DNA from: a virus
Reading direction: 5' to 3' (one strand)
UHGV virus genome: UHGV-0100642
DNA length: 21,173 nucleotides
Shown: positions 8,589 through 18,684 of the stretch, one piece after another
Numbering within the stretch: position 1 is the first letter of the stretch
Layout of the letters: every line of letters starts with the position of its first letter
Made by a program: the position numbers and the translations under genes
The notes under the pieces: generated by a model
Told to the model about the DNA's origin: nothing
Seen by the model: only the letters and a program-made list of their open reading frames with translations
The model's database searches: none

Positions 8589-9860
8589 ATGCCTAACAAT
8601 CTCGACAGTAACGTCAGTCAAATCGTTCTGAAAAAATTCCTTCCGGGTTTTATGTCAGATTTAGTTCTGGCGAAAACCGTAGACCGTCAGTTGCTGGCAG
8701 GTGAAATCAACTCCAGCACTGGCGATAGCGTTAGCTTTAAACGTCCGCATCAATTCTCATCCCTCCGTACTCCCACTGGTGATATCTCAGGGCAAAATAA
8801 AAACAACCTGATCTCAGGTAAAGCTACGGGGCGTGTAGGTAACTACATCACTGTTGCTGTTGAATATCAGCAACTGGAGGAAGCGATCAAGCTTAACCAA
8901 CTGGAAGAAATTCTCGCGCCGGTTCGCCAGCGAATCGTTACCGACCTTGAAACAGAGCTTGCTCACTTCATGATGAATAACGGTGCGTTGTCACTTGGTA
9001 GCCCCAATACTCCAATCACCAAATGGTCTGATGTTGCGCAGACGGCATCTTTCCTGAAAGACCTCGGCGTTAATGAAGGTGAAAACTATGCTGTAATGGA
9101 CCCATGGTCTGCACAGCGACTTGCTGATGCGCAGACTGGTTTGCACGCTTCAGATCAATTGGTTCGTACTGCATGGGAGAATGCGCAGATCCCAACCAAT
9201 TTTGGCGGCATTCGCGCACTGATGTCTAATGGGCTTGCCTCTCGTACGCAGGGGGCATTTGGCGGAACACTGACAGTCAAAACACAGCCAACTGTTACCT
9301 ATAACGCAGTTAAAGACTCATACCAGTTCACTGTAACATTGACCGGGGCGACAACCAGCGTTACAGGTTTCCTGAAAGCTGGTGATCAGGTCAAATTCAC
9401 CAACACCTACTGGCTGCAACAGCAGACCAAACAGGCGTTGTATAACGGAGCCACACCAATTAGCTTCACTGCAACGGTTACTGCTGATGCTAATTCAGAC
9501 AGCAGTGGCGATGTGACGGTTACGCTTTCTGGTGTTCCGATTTATGACACTACAAACCCGCAGTACAACTCTGTAAGTCGTCAGGTAGAGGCAGGCGATG
9601 CCGTATCTGTAGTAGGCACTGCTAGCCAGACAATGAAGCCAAACCTGTTCTATAACAAGTTCTTCTGTGGACTTGGCTCTATCCCACTGCCGAAACTGCA
9701 CAGTATTGATTCTGCTGTTGCAACATATGAAGGTTTCTCCATCCGCGTACATAAATACGCAGATGGCGATGCCAACGTGCAAAAAATGCGCTTCGACTTA
9801 CTGCCTGCATATGTGTGCTTTAACCCTCACATGGGCGGTCAGTTCTTCGGTAATCCGTAA
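8589..9860 (+). CDS. Major capsid (coat) protein, Sf6/P22-lineage
   Basis: 423 aa; N-terminus MPNNLDSNVSQIVLKKFLPGF matches the Sf6-type coat protein as recalled. Follows the scaffold, with a strong RBS. Confidence 0.9.
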   Translation: MPNNLDSNVSQIVLKKFLPGFMSDLVLAKTVDRQLLAGEINSSTGDSVSFKRPHQFSSLRTPTGDISGQNKNNLISGKATGRVGNYITVAVEYQQLEEAIKLNQLEEILAPVRQRIVTDLETELAHFMMNNGALSLGSPNTPITKWSDVAQTASFLKDLGVNEGENYAVMDPWSAQRLADAQTGLHASDQLVRTAWENAQIPTNFGGIRALMSNGLASRTQGAFGGTLTVKTQPTVTYNAVKDSYQFTVTLTGATTSVTGFLKAGDQVKFTNTYWLQQQTKQALYNGATPISFTATVTADANSDSSGDVTVTLSGVPIYDTTNPQYNSVSRQVEAGDAVSVVGTASQTMKPNLFYNKFFCGLGSIPLPKLHSIDSAVATYEGFSIRVHKYADGDANVQKMRFDLLPAYVCFNPHMGGQFFGNP

Positions 9861-9864
9861 TAAC

Positions 9865-9890
9865 AAGGGGCTTACGCCCCTTTTATGTTT
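9865..9890 (+). terminator. Intrinsic terminator/attenuator immediately after the coat gene
   Basis: Stem aaggggc/gcccctt with loop ttac, followed by a T-rich tract (ttttatgtttt). Confidence 0.55.
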
Positions 9891-9902
9891 TAAGGAAACA
9901 AT

Positions 9903-10088
9903 ATGGATCGCATGAGTGTATTCCTTGCCGCAGATAACGAATCCGGGCATGTACAGGCCGTTATCGCAGAAAAAGACTTCCAGTTTTTCGAAAAGTTGGG
10001 CTTTGTTGCCTCAGTTGATGAATTGAAACCGACCAGTAAGCGAGGTCGTAAGGCGGCAGACAATGGCAACATTACTGACAAAGGGTGA
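9903..10088 (+). CDS. Hypothetical small protein (61 aa)
   Basis: ORF with AAGGAAA RBS just after the coat terminator; overlaps the gp4 start by 26 nt. Confidence 0.45.
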   Translation: MDRMSVFLAADNESGHVQAVIAEKDFQFFEKLGFVASVDELKPTSKRGRKAADNGNITDKG

Positions 10089-10545
10089 GATCGTCCTTTT
10101 TGCGCTTCGTAAGTTTGCTATTGCTTCTAATGCATCGCTGACTGATGTTGAGCCGCAATCAATTGAAGATGGTGTAAATGATCTGGAAGATATGATGTCC
10201 GAGTGGATGATTAACCCCGGCGACATTGGTTACGCTTTCGCAACTGGAGATGAGCAGCCATTACCAGATGATGAGTCAGGTCTTCCAAGAAAATACAAAC
10301 ACGCAGTAGGCTATCAGTTATTGCTGAGAATGCTATCTGATTACAGCCTTGAACCAACTCCGCAAGTTCTCAGTAACGCCCAACGCTCATATGATGCCTT
10401 GATGACCGACACTCTGGTTGTTCCTTCAATACGACGACGTGGAGATTTTCCTGTAGGACAGGGTAATAAATATGACGTGTTTACATCTGACCGATATTAT
10501 CCAGGCGATCTCCCTATGATTGATGGCGATATCCCAAACGCATAG
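10063..10545 (+). CDS. Tail accessory / head-to-tail adaptor protein, P22 gp4-like
   Basis: 160 aa; motif ...RKF.IASNASLTDVEPQSIEDGVNDLEDMMSEW resembles P22 gp4 (LTDVEPQS...). Position before gp10. Confidence 0.85.
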   Translation: MATLLTKGEIVLFALRKFAIASNASLTDVEPQSIEDGVNDLEDMMSEWMINPGDIGYAFATGDEQPLPDDESGLPRKYKHAVGYQLLLRMLSDYSLEPTPQVLSNAQRSYDALMTDTLVVPSIRRRGDFPVGQGNKYDVFTSDRYYPGDLPMIDGDIPNA

Positions 10546-10553
10546 GTGAATAA

Positions 10554-10658
10554 ATGCCGATTCAGCAACTTCCGCTTATGAAAGGCGTCGGCAAAGACTT
10601 TCGAAATGCCGACTATATCGACTATCTGCCAGTGAATATGCTGGCAATTTTGATATAA
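10554..10658 (+). pseudogene. Remnant 5' end of the gp10 tail-accessory gene (34 codons), truncated by the HNH insertion
   Basis: ATG at 10554 with AGGTGA RBS in the usual place after gp4. Encodes [31 protein letters not shown], then ILI and a stop. The first 31 aa are about 74 percent identical to the N-terminus of the full gp10 ORF downstream. Confidence 0.75.
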
Positions 10659-11279
10659 TAAGTACATGAAAAATCGAAACTTTAAGGAGTAGATATGCTT
10701 TCTGAGAATGCTAAAGATATACCTGGATTTGAAGGTGTTTATGCCGTAACAGAAGATGGCAGGGTGTATTCTCACTCACGTGTTGTTAAGGCTGCGCATG
10801 GCAGCACGCAACTCAGAAAGGGGCGCTGGTTAAAGCCTAAAATAAATCAGGGAAGGGTGCTTTATAATATCGGAGCAAAATGGACTTTTGCCCATCGAAT
10901 CGTTGCAATGACATTCCTGCCAAATCCTGAAAACAAGCCTCAGGTAAATCATATTGATGGCAATCCACTCAATAATAACGTCAATAATCTTGAGTGGTGC
11001 ACTCAAAGCGAAAACATCAAACATGCATACGCCACAGGATTAAAGAAACCAATCAAGTTTTTCGGAACCAAGCACCCAAAACACAAGTTGAGTGATGACG
11101 ATGTTCTTGCAATCAAGTCATCAAAAGAAAGCTTGTCAGTAATTGCGGCTAAGTACGGGATATCTAAGACCTGGGCAAGTAGGCTAAAGCGTGATGCTAA
11201 CTGGGTTCATATAAAGGTTGATTCCAATGGCAATACAACAACTACCACTAATGAAGGGATTAGGGAAAAGTGCGGTTAA
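10647..11279 (+). mobile_element. Free-standing homing-endonuclease gene cassette inserted into the 5' region of gp10
   Basis: AT-rich segment between the gp10 remnant and the reconstituted gp10 start. Carries the HNH ORF, whose 3' end overlaps the recoded gp10 start in another frame. Confidence 0.65.
10695..11279 (+). CDS. HNH homing endonuclease (NUMOD4 + HNH_3 + C-terminal helix-turn-helix)
   Basis: IPGFEGVYAVTEDGRVYS (NUMOD4-like), HRIVAMTFLPNPENKPQVNHIDGNPLNNNVNNLEWCTQSENIKHA (HNH_3-like) and a C-terminal HTH-like segment. Own AAGGAG RBS. AT-rich codon usage compared with its neighbours. Confidence 0.85.
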   Translation: MLSENAKDIPGFEGVYAVTEDGRVYSHSRVVKAAHGSTQLRKGRWLKPKINQGRVLYNIGAKWTFAHRIVAMTFLPNPENKPQVNHIDGNPLNNNVNNLEWCTQSENIKHAYATGLKKPIKFFGTKHPKHKLSDDDVLAIKSSKESLSVIAAKYGISKTWASRLKRDANWVHIKVDSNGNTTTTTNEGIREKCG

Positions 11280-12645
11280 TGCTGATTATATAGACCAACT
11301 TCCAGTCAATCTTTTAGCTACGCCCAAGGAGGTGTTGAATTCATCGGGATATCTTCGCTCATTCCCGGGCATTGCCAAACGATCTGATGTGAACGGTGTA
11401 TCTCGCGGCGTCGAGTACAACATGGCGCAGAGTGCTGTTTATCGCGTGTGTGGTGGCAAGCTGTACAAAGGCGAAAGCGAAGTCGGTGACGTCGCCGGAA
11501 GTGGTCGTGTATCAATGGCGCATGGTCGTACATCTCAGGCGGTAGGAGTTAATGGTCAACTGGTCGAGTATCGCTATGATGGCACGGTTAAAACCATCTC
11601 AAACTGGCCTACAGACAGTGGATTTACGCAGTATGAGTTAGGTTCGGTTCGCGACATTACGCGCTTGCGCGGGCGTTATGCGTGGTCAAAAGACGGCACT
11701 GATTCATGGTTTATCACTGACCTTGAAGACGAATCGCATCCTGACCGCTACAGTGCACAATATCGCGCAGAATCGCAGCCGGACGGCATCATCGGTATCG
11801 GCACATGGCGAGACTTCATCGTCTGCTTTGGTTCATCGACGATTGAGTATTTTTCCCTGACTGGTGCAACCACCGTTGGTGCCGCTTTGTATGTCGCACA
11901 GCCATCGCTGATGGTGCAGAAAGGTATTGCCGGAACCTACTGTAAAACTCCATTCGCTGATTCGTATGCGTTCATCAGCAATCCGGCAACAGGTGCGCCG
12001 TCTGTTTACATCATCGGATCCGGTCAGGTTTCACCAATCGCCAGCGCGAGCATTGAGAAAATCCTCCGCTCCTACACTGCTGATGAACTGGCTGATGGTG
12101 TGATGGAATCGCTGCGATTTGATGCGCATGAGTTGCTGATTATCCATCTTGCGCGCCATGTTCTCGTGTACGACGCATCTTCAGGCGCCAATGGTCCGCA
12201 ATGGTGTGTACTGAAAACAGGCCTGTATGACGATGTGTACCGCGCTATCGACTTCATTTACGAAGGCAATCAGATAACGTGCGGCGATAAGCTGGAATCG
12301 GTGACCGGGAAATTGCAGTTCGACATCAGCAGCCAGTACGACAAGCAACAGGAACACCTGCTGTTTACTCCGTTGTTCAAAGCGGATAACGCCAGATGCT
12401 TCGATCTGGAGGTGGAATCATCCACTGGCGTAGCTCAGTACGCCGACCGCCTGTTCCTCTCTGCAACCACTGACGGCATAAATTACGGTCGTGAGCAGAT
12501 GATTGAGCAGAATGAACCGTTCGTTTACGACAAACGCGTTTTGTGGAAGCGTGTCGGGCGCATCAGGAAAAATGTCGGCTTCAAATTGCGCGTTATCACG
12601 AAGTCACCTGTCACTCTGTCAGGCTGCCAGATAAGGATCGAGTAA
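11227..12645 (+). CDS. Tail accessory protein, P22 gp10-like (functional copy downstream of the insertion)
   Basis: About 472 aa, collinear with P22 gp10 as recalled (…[18 protein letters not shown]…[17 protein letters not shown]). The track start at 11218 appears to be a non-ATG codon; the first ATG is at 11227 ([11 protein letters not shown]...). Stop overlaps the needle start (TAATG). Confidence 0.88.
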   Translation: MAIQQLPLMKGLGKSAVNADYIDQLPVNLLATPKEVLNSSGYLRSFPGIAKRSDVNGVSRGVEYNMAQSAVYRVCGGKLYKGESEVGDVAGSGRVSMAHGRTSQAVGVNGQLVEYRYDGTVKTISNWPTDSGFTQYELGSVRDITRLRGRYAWSKDGTDSWFITDLEDESHPDRYSAQYRAESQPDGIIGIGTWRDFIVCFGSSTIEYFSLTGATTVGAALYVAQPSLMVQKGIAGTYCKTPFADSYAFISNPATGAPSVYIIGSGQVSPIASASIEKILRSYTADELADGVMESLRFDAHELLIIHLARHVLVYDASSGANGPQWCVLKTGLYDDVYRAIDFIYEGNQITCGDKLESVTGKLQFDISSQYDKQQEHLLFTPLFKADNARCFDLEVESSTGVAQYADRLFLSATTDGINYGREQMIEQNEPFVYDKRVLWKRVGRIRKNVGFKLRVITKSPVTLSGCQIRIE

Positions 12646-13493
12646 TGGCTGATTCGAATCTCAATGTGCCGGTAATCATTCAGGCTACACGGCTCGACAC
12701 ATCAGTCCTTCCACGCAATATCTTCTCGCAGTCGTATCTGCTTTACGTTATCGCACAGGGCACTGATGTTGGTAACGTGGCTAACAAGGCCAACGAGGCC
12801 GGACAGGGCGCTTATGACGCACAAGTCAGGAACGATGAGCAGGATGTGATTCTCGCTGACCATGAGCAGCGAATTTCTGCTGCGGAAGCAACGCTTGTTA
12901 ATCATGAGGAGCGAATCAGCCAGGCAGAATCAACTCTTCAGGAACATGAAACGCGAATCGCTCAGAATGAAAGCGATATTGCGTCGCTTGATACCAGAGT
13001 TCAGTCGCTGGAGTCTCAGGTTTCAGACCATGAAACGCGCATTGATGCTCTGGAGTATGCAACCACACGCAAGAAGTCAGAGGTTGTTTACTCTGGCGTA
13101 TCAGTAACCATCCCGACAGCGCCGACCAACCTTGTTAGCCTGCTGAAAACGCTCACGCCGTCATCCGGGACGTTGGCACCATTCTTCGACACTGTTAACA
13201 ACAAGATGGTTGTGTTCAACGAGAACAAAACCTTGTTCTTCAAGCTGTCGATCGTCGGGACGTGGCCCAGCGGAACCGCCAACAGGTCAATGCAGCTAAC
13301 CTTTTCCGGCTCTGTTCCTGATACGCTGGTCAGCAGTCGTAATGCGGCGACAACAAACGACAACATCCTGTTAGCTACATTCTTCAGCGTGGATAAAGAC
13401 GGATTTCTTGCCACAAATGGCAGTACGTTAACCATTCAGTCGAATGGTGCGGCGTTTACTGCCACAACCATCAAGATAATCGCGGAGCAGTGA
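12645..13493 (+). CDS. Tail needle protein, P22 gp26-like with a divergent C-terminal knob domain
   Basis: [43 protein letters not shown]... matches the gp26 N-terminus, followed by heptad-repeat coiled coil (HEQRIS/HEERIS/HETRIA). 282 aa. C-terminus differs from P22 gp26 and resembles the longer knob-type needles. Confidence 0.88.
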   Translation: MADSNLNVPVIIQATRLDTSVLPRNIFSQSYLLYVIAQGTDVGNVANKANEAGQGAYDAQVRNDEQDVILADHEQRISAAEATLVNHEERISQAESTLQEHETRIAQNESDIASLDTRVQSLESQVSDHETRIDALEYATTRKKSEVVYSGVSVTIPTAPTNLVSLLKTLTPSSGTLAPFFDTVNNKMVVFNENKTLFFKLSIVGTWPSGTANRSMQLTFSGSVPDTLVSSRNAATTNDNILLATFFSVDKDGFLATNGSTLTIQSNGAAFTATTIKIIAEQ

Positions 13494-13948
13494 TGATTCA
13501 GTTCAAACCAACGCGCAACATCGACCTGATCGAAGCAGTCGGAAATCACCCTGACATTATTGCCGGAAGCAACAATGGTGATGGATACGATTACAAGCCT
13601 GAATGCCGTTACTTTGAGGTTAACGTGCACGGTCAGTTTGGCGGCATTGTTTACTATCAGGAGATTCAGCCGTTGGCATTCGATTGCCACGCCATGTACC
13701 TGCCAGAGATTCGCGGCTTCAGCAAGGAAATCGGGCTGGCGTTCTGGCGATACATTCTGACTAACACCACCGTTCAGTGCGTCACATCGTTCGCCGCACG
13801 CAAATTCCGCCACGGGCAGATTTACTGCGCAATGATTGGCCTTAAGCGTGTCGGAACCATCAAGAAATACTTTAAAGGCGTGGATGACGTGACTTTTTAC
13901 AGCGCCACACGCGAAGAACTAATCGACTTCCTGAATCACGGGAGATAG
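13493..13948 (+). CDS. Phage protein in the P22 gp14 position
   Basis: About 151-aa ORF between needle and ejection proteins. Start overlaps the needle stop (TGATG). Assigned by gene order only. Confidence 0.55.
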   Translation: MIQFKPTRNIDLIEAVGNHPDIIAGSNNGDGYDYKPECRYFEVNVHGQFGGIVYYQEIQPLAFDCHAMYLPEIRGFSKEIGLAFWRYILTNTTVQCVTSFAARKFRHGQIYCAMIGLKRVGTIKKYFKGVDDVTFYSATREELIDFLNHGR

Positions 13949-13950
13949 CC

Positions 13951-14643
13951 ATGTTATATGCATTTAAGCTGGGCAGAAAACTGCGCGGCGAGGAACCTTA
14001 TTGCCCTGAAAAAGGCGGGAAAGGTGGCAGTTCTGATAAAAGCGCAAAGTATGCAGCAGAAGCTCAGAAGTATGCTGCAGATCTGCAAAATCAGCAGTGG
14101 CAGACGATCATGAAAAACCTTGCTCCGTTCACGCCTCTTGCGGAGCAGTATATTAACCAGCTTCAGAACCTTTCCAGTTTAGAAGGACAGGGGCAGGCAC
14201 TTAATCAGTATTACAACTCTCAGCAGTATAAAGACCTTGCAGGGCAGGCGCGTTACCAGAGTCTTGCTGCTGCGGAGGCGACGGGTGGACTTGGTTCGAC
14301 AGCCACAAGCAATCAACTGGCTACGATCGCGCCGACACTCGGTCAGTCTTGGTTATCAAATCAGATGAGCAATTACAACAATCTGGCAAACGTTGGGCTT
14401 GGTGCGCTGCAAGGTCAGGCAAACGCCGGGCAGACGTACGCCAACAACATGAGCAGCATTGCACAGCAAAGCGCAGCTCTTGCCGCTGCTAATGCCAATA
14501 AACCATCAAGTCTTCAGACTGCAATTAGCGGTGGCACGTCTGGTGCGATTACCGGTGCAGGTCTTGCCAGCCTTTTGGGAACATCAACACCTTGGGGCGC
14601 TGGAATTGGTGCTGGTATCGGATTGCTTGGCTCGTTGTTTTAA
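13951..14643 (+). CDS. Ejection (injection) protein, P22 gp7-like
   Basis: 230 aa; N-terminus MLYAFKLGRKLRGEEPYCPEKGGKGGSS resembles P22 gp7. Q/N/G/A-rich low-complexity body. GGGAG RBS. Confidence 0.8.
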   Translation: MLYAFKLGRKLRGEEPYCPEKGGKGGSSDKSAKYAAEAQKYAADLQNQQWQTIMKNLAPFTPLAEQYINQLQNLSSLEGQGQALNQYYNSQQYKDLAGQARYQSLAAAEATGGLGSTATSNQLATIAPTLGQSWLSNQMSNYNNLANVGLGALQGQANAGQTYANNMSSIAQQSAALAAANANKPSSLQTAISGGTSGAITGAGLASLLGTSTPWGAGIGAGIGLLGSLF

Positions 14644-14652
14644 GGGGTAATC

Positions 14653-16041
14653 ATGGCTACTTGGCAAGGAACAAACGGCGGATTGTTGGCTGGTATCGGC
14701 GGCGTCAACTCAAACGCTCCGAGCGTAAATGACATCGGCAATACGCTTCAGCTTATCAGGCAGAACAATGATATTGAGCGTTCAGGCGCTAACAATGTTG
14801 GGCTGACTGCTTTGCAAGGCCTTTCAGGTATTGCGGGTGTTTTTCAGCAGGAAAAGCAGGCTCAGCGGAAGAAAGAATTTCAGCAGGCATACGCTAATGC
14901 TTATGCGTCTGGTGATCGCGGTGCTTTGCGTCAGTTAGCTACTCAATATCCAGACCAGATTGAATCCGTTCGTAAAGGCATGGGATTCATTGATGAAGAC
15001 CAGCGCAATTCCATCGGTACCTTAGCGGCTGGCGCCCGCCTTGCGGCATCGTCTCCAGAAGCGATGCAATCATGGCTGCAAAACAACGCCAAGGAACTGA
15101 CTCGCGTCGGTGTTGACCCTAATAACGTTGCTCAGATGTATCAGCAGAATCCTTCAGGATTTGGTGAGTTTGTTGATCACCTTGGGATGGCTGCTCTTGG
15201 TCCGATTGATTACTTCAATGTTCAGGACAAGATGGCTGGTCGTGAAATTGATCGCGGAAAACTTGCAGAGACAATCCGCAGCAATCAGGCTGGCGAGGCG
15301 CTAACAGCACGAGGCCAGAACATCACGATGCGCGGTCAGGACTTATCTGCTTCTACTGCGCGACGAGGTCAGGATTTGGCAATGCAGCGAGCGTCAACAA
15401 GAGGAATCGCTGGGAATGATGAGCGTACAGTTCAGTTATCAGATGGCAGAACTGTAACGGTAGGCGGGAAGCTTCACGGCGCTGGGGCTAATGCGTTCTA
15501 CGAAGGCGTCGACAACGAGGGGAATATGGTTCGCGTTCCTGCCAGTTCAATCGCAGCGCCTGCAACATCGTCTGCATCAGCACAAAACTATGCCATGAAG
15601 AAGGATATCGACGCGATCACAAATGCAGACGCTTCTGCTCTCGATTTCATGACAGGAATGACAGGCGGTGCAGGTAATCCAGCAATTGGTGCTGATGTTC
15701 GCAGCAGATTAACAGGAAAAGAGCAGCGCCAGTTATATAACTCAGCACAACGGATTCAGGGCAGAATGCAGAATCAGGGTGTGGCGGCAGCAAGGGACAT
15801 GGGTGCCAGTGGTATTAACACCGTTGCAGAAGCGAAGATGTATTTTCAGGGGATGCCGCAGGTTGACTATTCAAGCCCGGAGGCTATGCAGCAGTCGATT
15901 CGTGAGATTCAGGAATACACCAACAATTACAACCAACAATATAACGTTAATGTTGGTAAATCTCAGCGGCAGCAATCTCAACCTGCACAGGTATCACAGC
16001 CAGCAGCCAGCAGTAACTTTTCTTCACTATGGGGTGATTAA
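14653..16041 (+). CDS. Ejection protein, P22 gp20-like
   Basis: 462-aa ORF following gp7. Assignment by conserved gene order (gp7, gp20, gp16) and composition. Confidence 0.7.
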   Translation: MATWQGTNGGLLAGIGGVNSNAPSVNDIGNTLQLIRQNNDIERSGANNVGLTALQGLSGIAGVFQQEKQAQRKKEFQQAYANAYASGDRGALRQLATQYPDQIESVRKGMGFIDEDQRNSIGTLAAGARLAASSPEAMQSWLQNNAKELTRVGVDPNNVAQMYQQNPSGFGEFVDHLGMAALGPIDYFNVQDKMAGREIDRGKLAETIRSNQAGEALTARGQNITMRGQDLSASTARRGQDLAMQRASTRGIAGNDERTVQLSDGRTVTVGGKLHGAGANAFYEGVDNEGNMVRVPASSIAAPATSSASAQNYAMKKDIDAITNADASALDFMTGMTGGAGNPAIGADVRSRLTGKEQRQLYNSAQRIQGRMQNQGVAAARDMGASGINTVAEAKMYFQGMPQVDYSSPEAMQQSIREIQEYTNNYNQQYNVNVGKSQRQQSQPAQVSQPAASSNFSSLWGD

Positions 16042-18038
16042 TGGCTAAAGCATGGAAAGATGTTATCGCCTCTCCACAGTATCAGGCGTTATCACCAGAA
16101 CAAAAAGCGCAGGCTCAGGAGCAATACTTCAATGAAGTCGTGGCCCCGCAAGCCGGAGAAAATGCAGAGCAGGCTAAGCAAGCTTTCTATGCTGCCTATC
16201 CATTGCCATCTGTGCAGCCAGTGGAGACACAACAACCAGAAGCACAGCAACAACCACAGCAAACTGGATTTATGTCTGATCTTGGTGAAGCCGTGAAAGA
16301 AACTGGTCGCGGACTGGTGCAGGCTGGCGTGAACGTGGCAAACATACCTGCATCAGTTGCCGATGCTGTAACAAGCGCTGCGGCTTGGGCTGGCGGTAAA
16401 CTCGGTATTGGCGATGGTACATATCAACCAGCGCCACGAGTAACAACGCAGGGATTAGAGCAGGACTTTGGCCTTCAGCAAGGTGCGCTGACTCCACAAA
16501 CGACAGAGGGAAGGGTATTTGCTGAAGCATTGCCTTACCTCACTCCTGCTGGCGTTGAGAGAGCGGCGGTACAGGCACCAACACTTGCAGGTCGAATTGC
16601 TCAGGGGGCAACTCGCCTTCTAGCAGAAAACGCAGTTGGATCACTTGCTGCAAATAGTGCGAAAGATGATGCGGAAGCACTCGCCACCGATTTAGGCGTT
16701 GGTGTGCTGGCTGGCGGTGCTATTAACGCTGCCGGACGTGGATTAAGTGCTGCTTATCGTGGCGTTCGTGGTGCTATTGCGCCAGAAGCGCAGCAGGCTA
16801 TCAGATTTGCAGAGCGTGAAGGAGTTCCTCTGCACACCACAGACCTGTTACAACCAACTTCCCGCGTCGGAAAAATGGCGCAGACTACAGCAGAAAATAT
16901 CCCTCTGGCTGGCACAAGCGGAATGAGAGCAACGCAACAGGAAGCGAGAAGCCAGCTGGTGCAGAGATTTGCCGATAAATTCGGTGAGTATGATCCAGCG
17001 GTTGTTATTGACAGCCTTAAAGCGAAAACATCAGGAATTCGTCGTGCCGCCGGTAATCGACTGGAGCAGGTTCAGAATGCTATGGTCGGAGTAAACATTC
17101 AGCCTGCGCGAGCAATTCAGCAGATTGATACAGAAATATCTAACCTACAGAAGCTTGGTAAGGTTGCTGATAACGAGACTATTTCAAAACTTCAGTCATA
17201 TCGTGATGAGCTTGTTCGCAATGCTGGCCCTGATGGTCCTGTAAATCTGGATTTGAAGCAATTAAGCGATCTGCGCAGCCAGTTCAGAATGGACGTGAAG
17301 GGTGAGCGACCAGTGTTACCAAACCGTTCCGATGCTGCCATTCAGCGCGTTTACAAGGCAATGACCGACGATATCAATGGTGCCATTGGTCAGAATCTTG
17401 GCAACGATACTCTCCGTAAATATCAGCAGGCCAATGCCGTCTACGCTGACGAAGCGGCGAAACTAAAGAATACCAGGCTGAAGAATGTTCTCATGAAAGG
17501 CGACCTGACGCCGGAAGTCGTCAACAACATGCTATTCAGCAAGAACAAATCGGAAATTAAGACGCTGTATAACTCAGTTGGTCGTGTTGGCAGGGCGCAA
17601 ATGCGCAATGGCATCATTGGAAAGGCGATGGAGAAATCTGACGGATCCCCTGACCAGTTCCTTCGGCAGCTTAACATTCTGCAAAACCAGACTGGCATCA
17701 CATTTAAGGGGCAGGACGCTGCTTATCTGAAAGGATTAAAAAACTACCTGCAATCCACGCAGCAGGCTGCAAAAGCGGCAGTAACAACACCAACAGGGCA
17801 GCAAACCATCCCGTTCATTATTGGATATGGGACGGCAATGAACCCGGCGACAACTGGCGCAGCAGTAAGCTACGGCCTTCTTGCTCGCGCCTATGAGAGC
17901 GAGCCATTCAGAAATGCAATGCTCCGAATGGCAAACACCCCACGCGGATCGACAGCGTTTGAGAAAGCCATGCAGCAAGCGCAAAAAGCGATTAATGCAC
18001 TGACGCAGGGTGCTAAGTCTGATTCGTTGTCAGAATAG
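16041..18038 (+). CDS. Ejection protein, P22 gp16-like
   Basis: 665-aa ORF, third of the ejection-protein trio. Start overlaps the previous stop (TAATG). Confidence 0.7.
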   Translation: MAKAWKDVIASPQYQALSPEQKAQAQEQYFNEVVAPQAGENAEQAKQAFYAAYPLPSVQPVETQQPEAQQQPQQTGFMSDLGEAVKETGRGLVQAGVNVANIPASVADAVTSAAAWAGGKLGIGDGTYQPAPRVTTQGLEQDFGLQQGALTPQTTEGRVFAEALPYLTPAGVERAAVQAPTLAGRIAQGATRLLAENAVGSLAANSAKDDAEALATDLGVGVLAGGAINAAGRGLSAAYRGVRGAIAPEAQQAIRFAEREGVPLHTTDLLQPTSRVGKMAQTTAENIPLAGTSGMRATQQEARSQLVQRFADKFGEYDPAVVIDSLKAKTSGIRRAAGNRLEQVQNAMVGVNIQPARAIQQIDTEISNLQKLGKVADNETISKLQSYRDELVRNAGPDGPVNLDLKQLSDLRSQFRMDVKGERPVLPNRSDAAIQRVYKAMTDDINGAIGQNLGNDTLRKYQQANAVYADEAAKLKNTRLKNVLMKGDLTPEVVNNMLFSKNKSEIKTLYNSVGRVGRAQMRNGIIGKAMEKSDGSPDQFLRQLNILQNQTGITFKGQDAAYLKGLKNYLQSTQQAAKAAVTTPTGQQTIPFIIGYGTAMNPATTGAAVSYGLLARAYESEPFRNAMLRMANTPRGSTAFEKAMQQAQKAINALTQGAKSDSLSE

Positions 18039-18128
18039 CTTTTCAAACACCAGGAACGTGCAAAAACCAAATATGTAGAACGCGAGGTTTATCGTATCCC
18101 TCTGCATAGGCGATACCTTTGCTGATTG

Positions 18129-18614
18129 TTATCTGATGTTACTGCTACTGTTGCATGTGACTGTATTTCCAAACCCTGAATTGCAGTTTGTGTAAGTGTC
18201 AACTCGTGTTGGATAGGGTTGAGTTATAACAGGCTGTCTCGCTTTTTGCTCGATCGCTTGCATTGTGTTTACAGCCTGATAATTCAATAAAGCCTGCTGG
18301 AATGCTTGGCTTTGTGCTATTTGTTGTGCTTGTTCTTGGCTTTGTAATTGAACATAAAGATTCTGAAGCTCAAGTCTTGCCTGAGCGTCACTTATCTTGC
18401 CTTCATCAACACCTTGCCCGAGCATCTTTGCAGCAAGGACATACAGCTTAGGTGTTGGTGCAGATGCCATGCGTGAGTCGTTCTTCACACTGGCATCAAG
18501 GCAATTAGCCATATCGCTAAGCTTTTGATAGCGTTGTTCGCAACTTGCTTGATAGTCACTTACTTTTGCGCATCCAACCAGCAGAAGCGGGATAATTAAC
18601 AGTGATTTTTTCAT
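18129..18614 (-). CDS. Lipoprotein (161 aa), candidate superinfection-exclusion or lysogenic-conversion factor
   Basis: Signal peptide MKKSLLIIPLLLVG followed by Cys (lipobox LVGC), a Q-rich predicted helical middle and a Cys-containing C-terminus. AAGGAG 8 nt upstream of the ATG at 18614. Lies downstream of mnt on the same strand, in the position P22 uses for sieA. Confidence 0.7.
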   Translation of the reverse strand: MKKSLLIIPLLLVGCAKVSDYQASCEQRYQKLSDMANCLDASVKNDSRMASAPTPKLYVLAAKMLGQGVDEGKISDAQARLELQNLYVQLQSQEQAQQIAQSQAFQQALLNYQAVNTMQAIEQKARQPVITQPYPTRVDTYTNCNSGFGNTVTCNSSSNIR

Positions 18615-18684
18615 ATGGTTAACTCTCCTTAGTTTTTCACAGGATATCATGAAGGCAATGCCATTTTAGCCGGAAACTAGATTT

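Noticed and set aside
10640-11230. Group I intron interpretation of the HNH-containing insert in gp10
   Set aside because: The downstream gp10 copy repeats the first 31 codons instead of continuing from the remnant, and it has its own start and RBS. A duplication plus insertion is more parsimonious, though splicing was not experimentally excluded.
13436-13813. 125-aa - strand ORF overlapping the gp14-like gene
   Set aside because: Entirely antisense to a + strand gene in a tightly packed, translationally coupled operon. No start signals.
18039-18128. Expected terminator between convergent gp16-like and lipoprotein genes
   Set aside because: Only weak, short inverted repeats were found (for example gtatc/gatac with a 13-nt loop). 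No convincing stem plus U-tract, so not reported as a feature.
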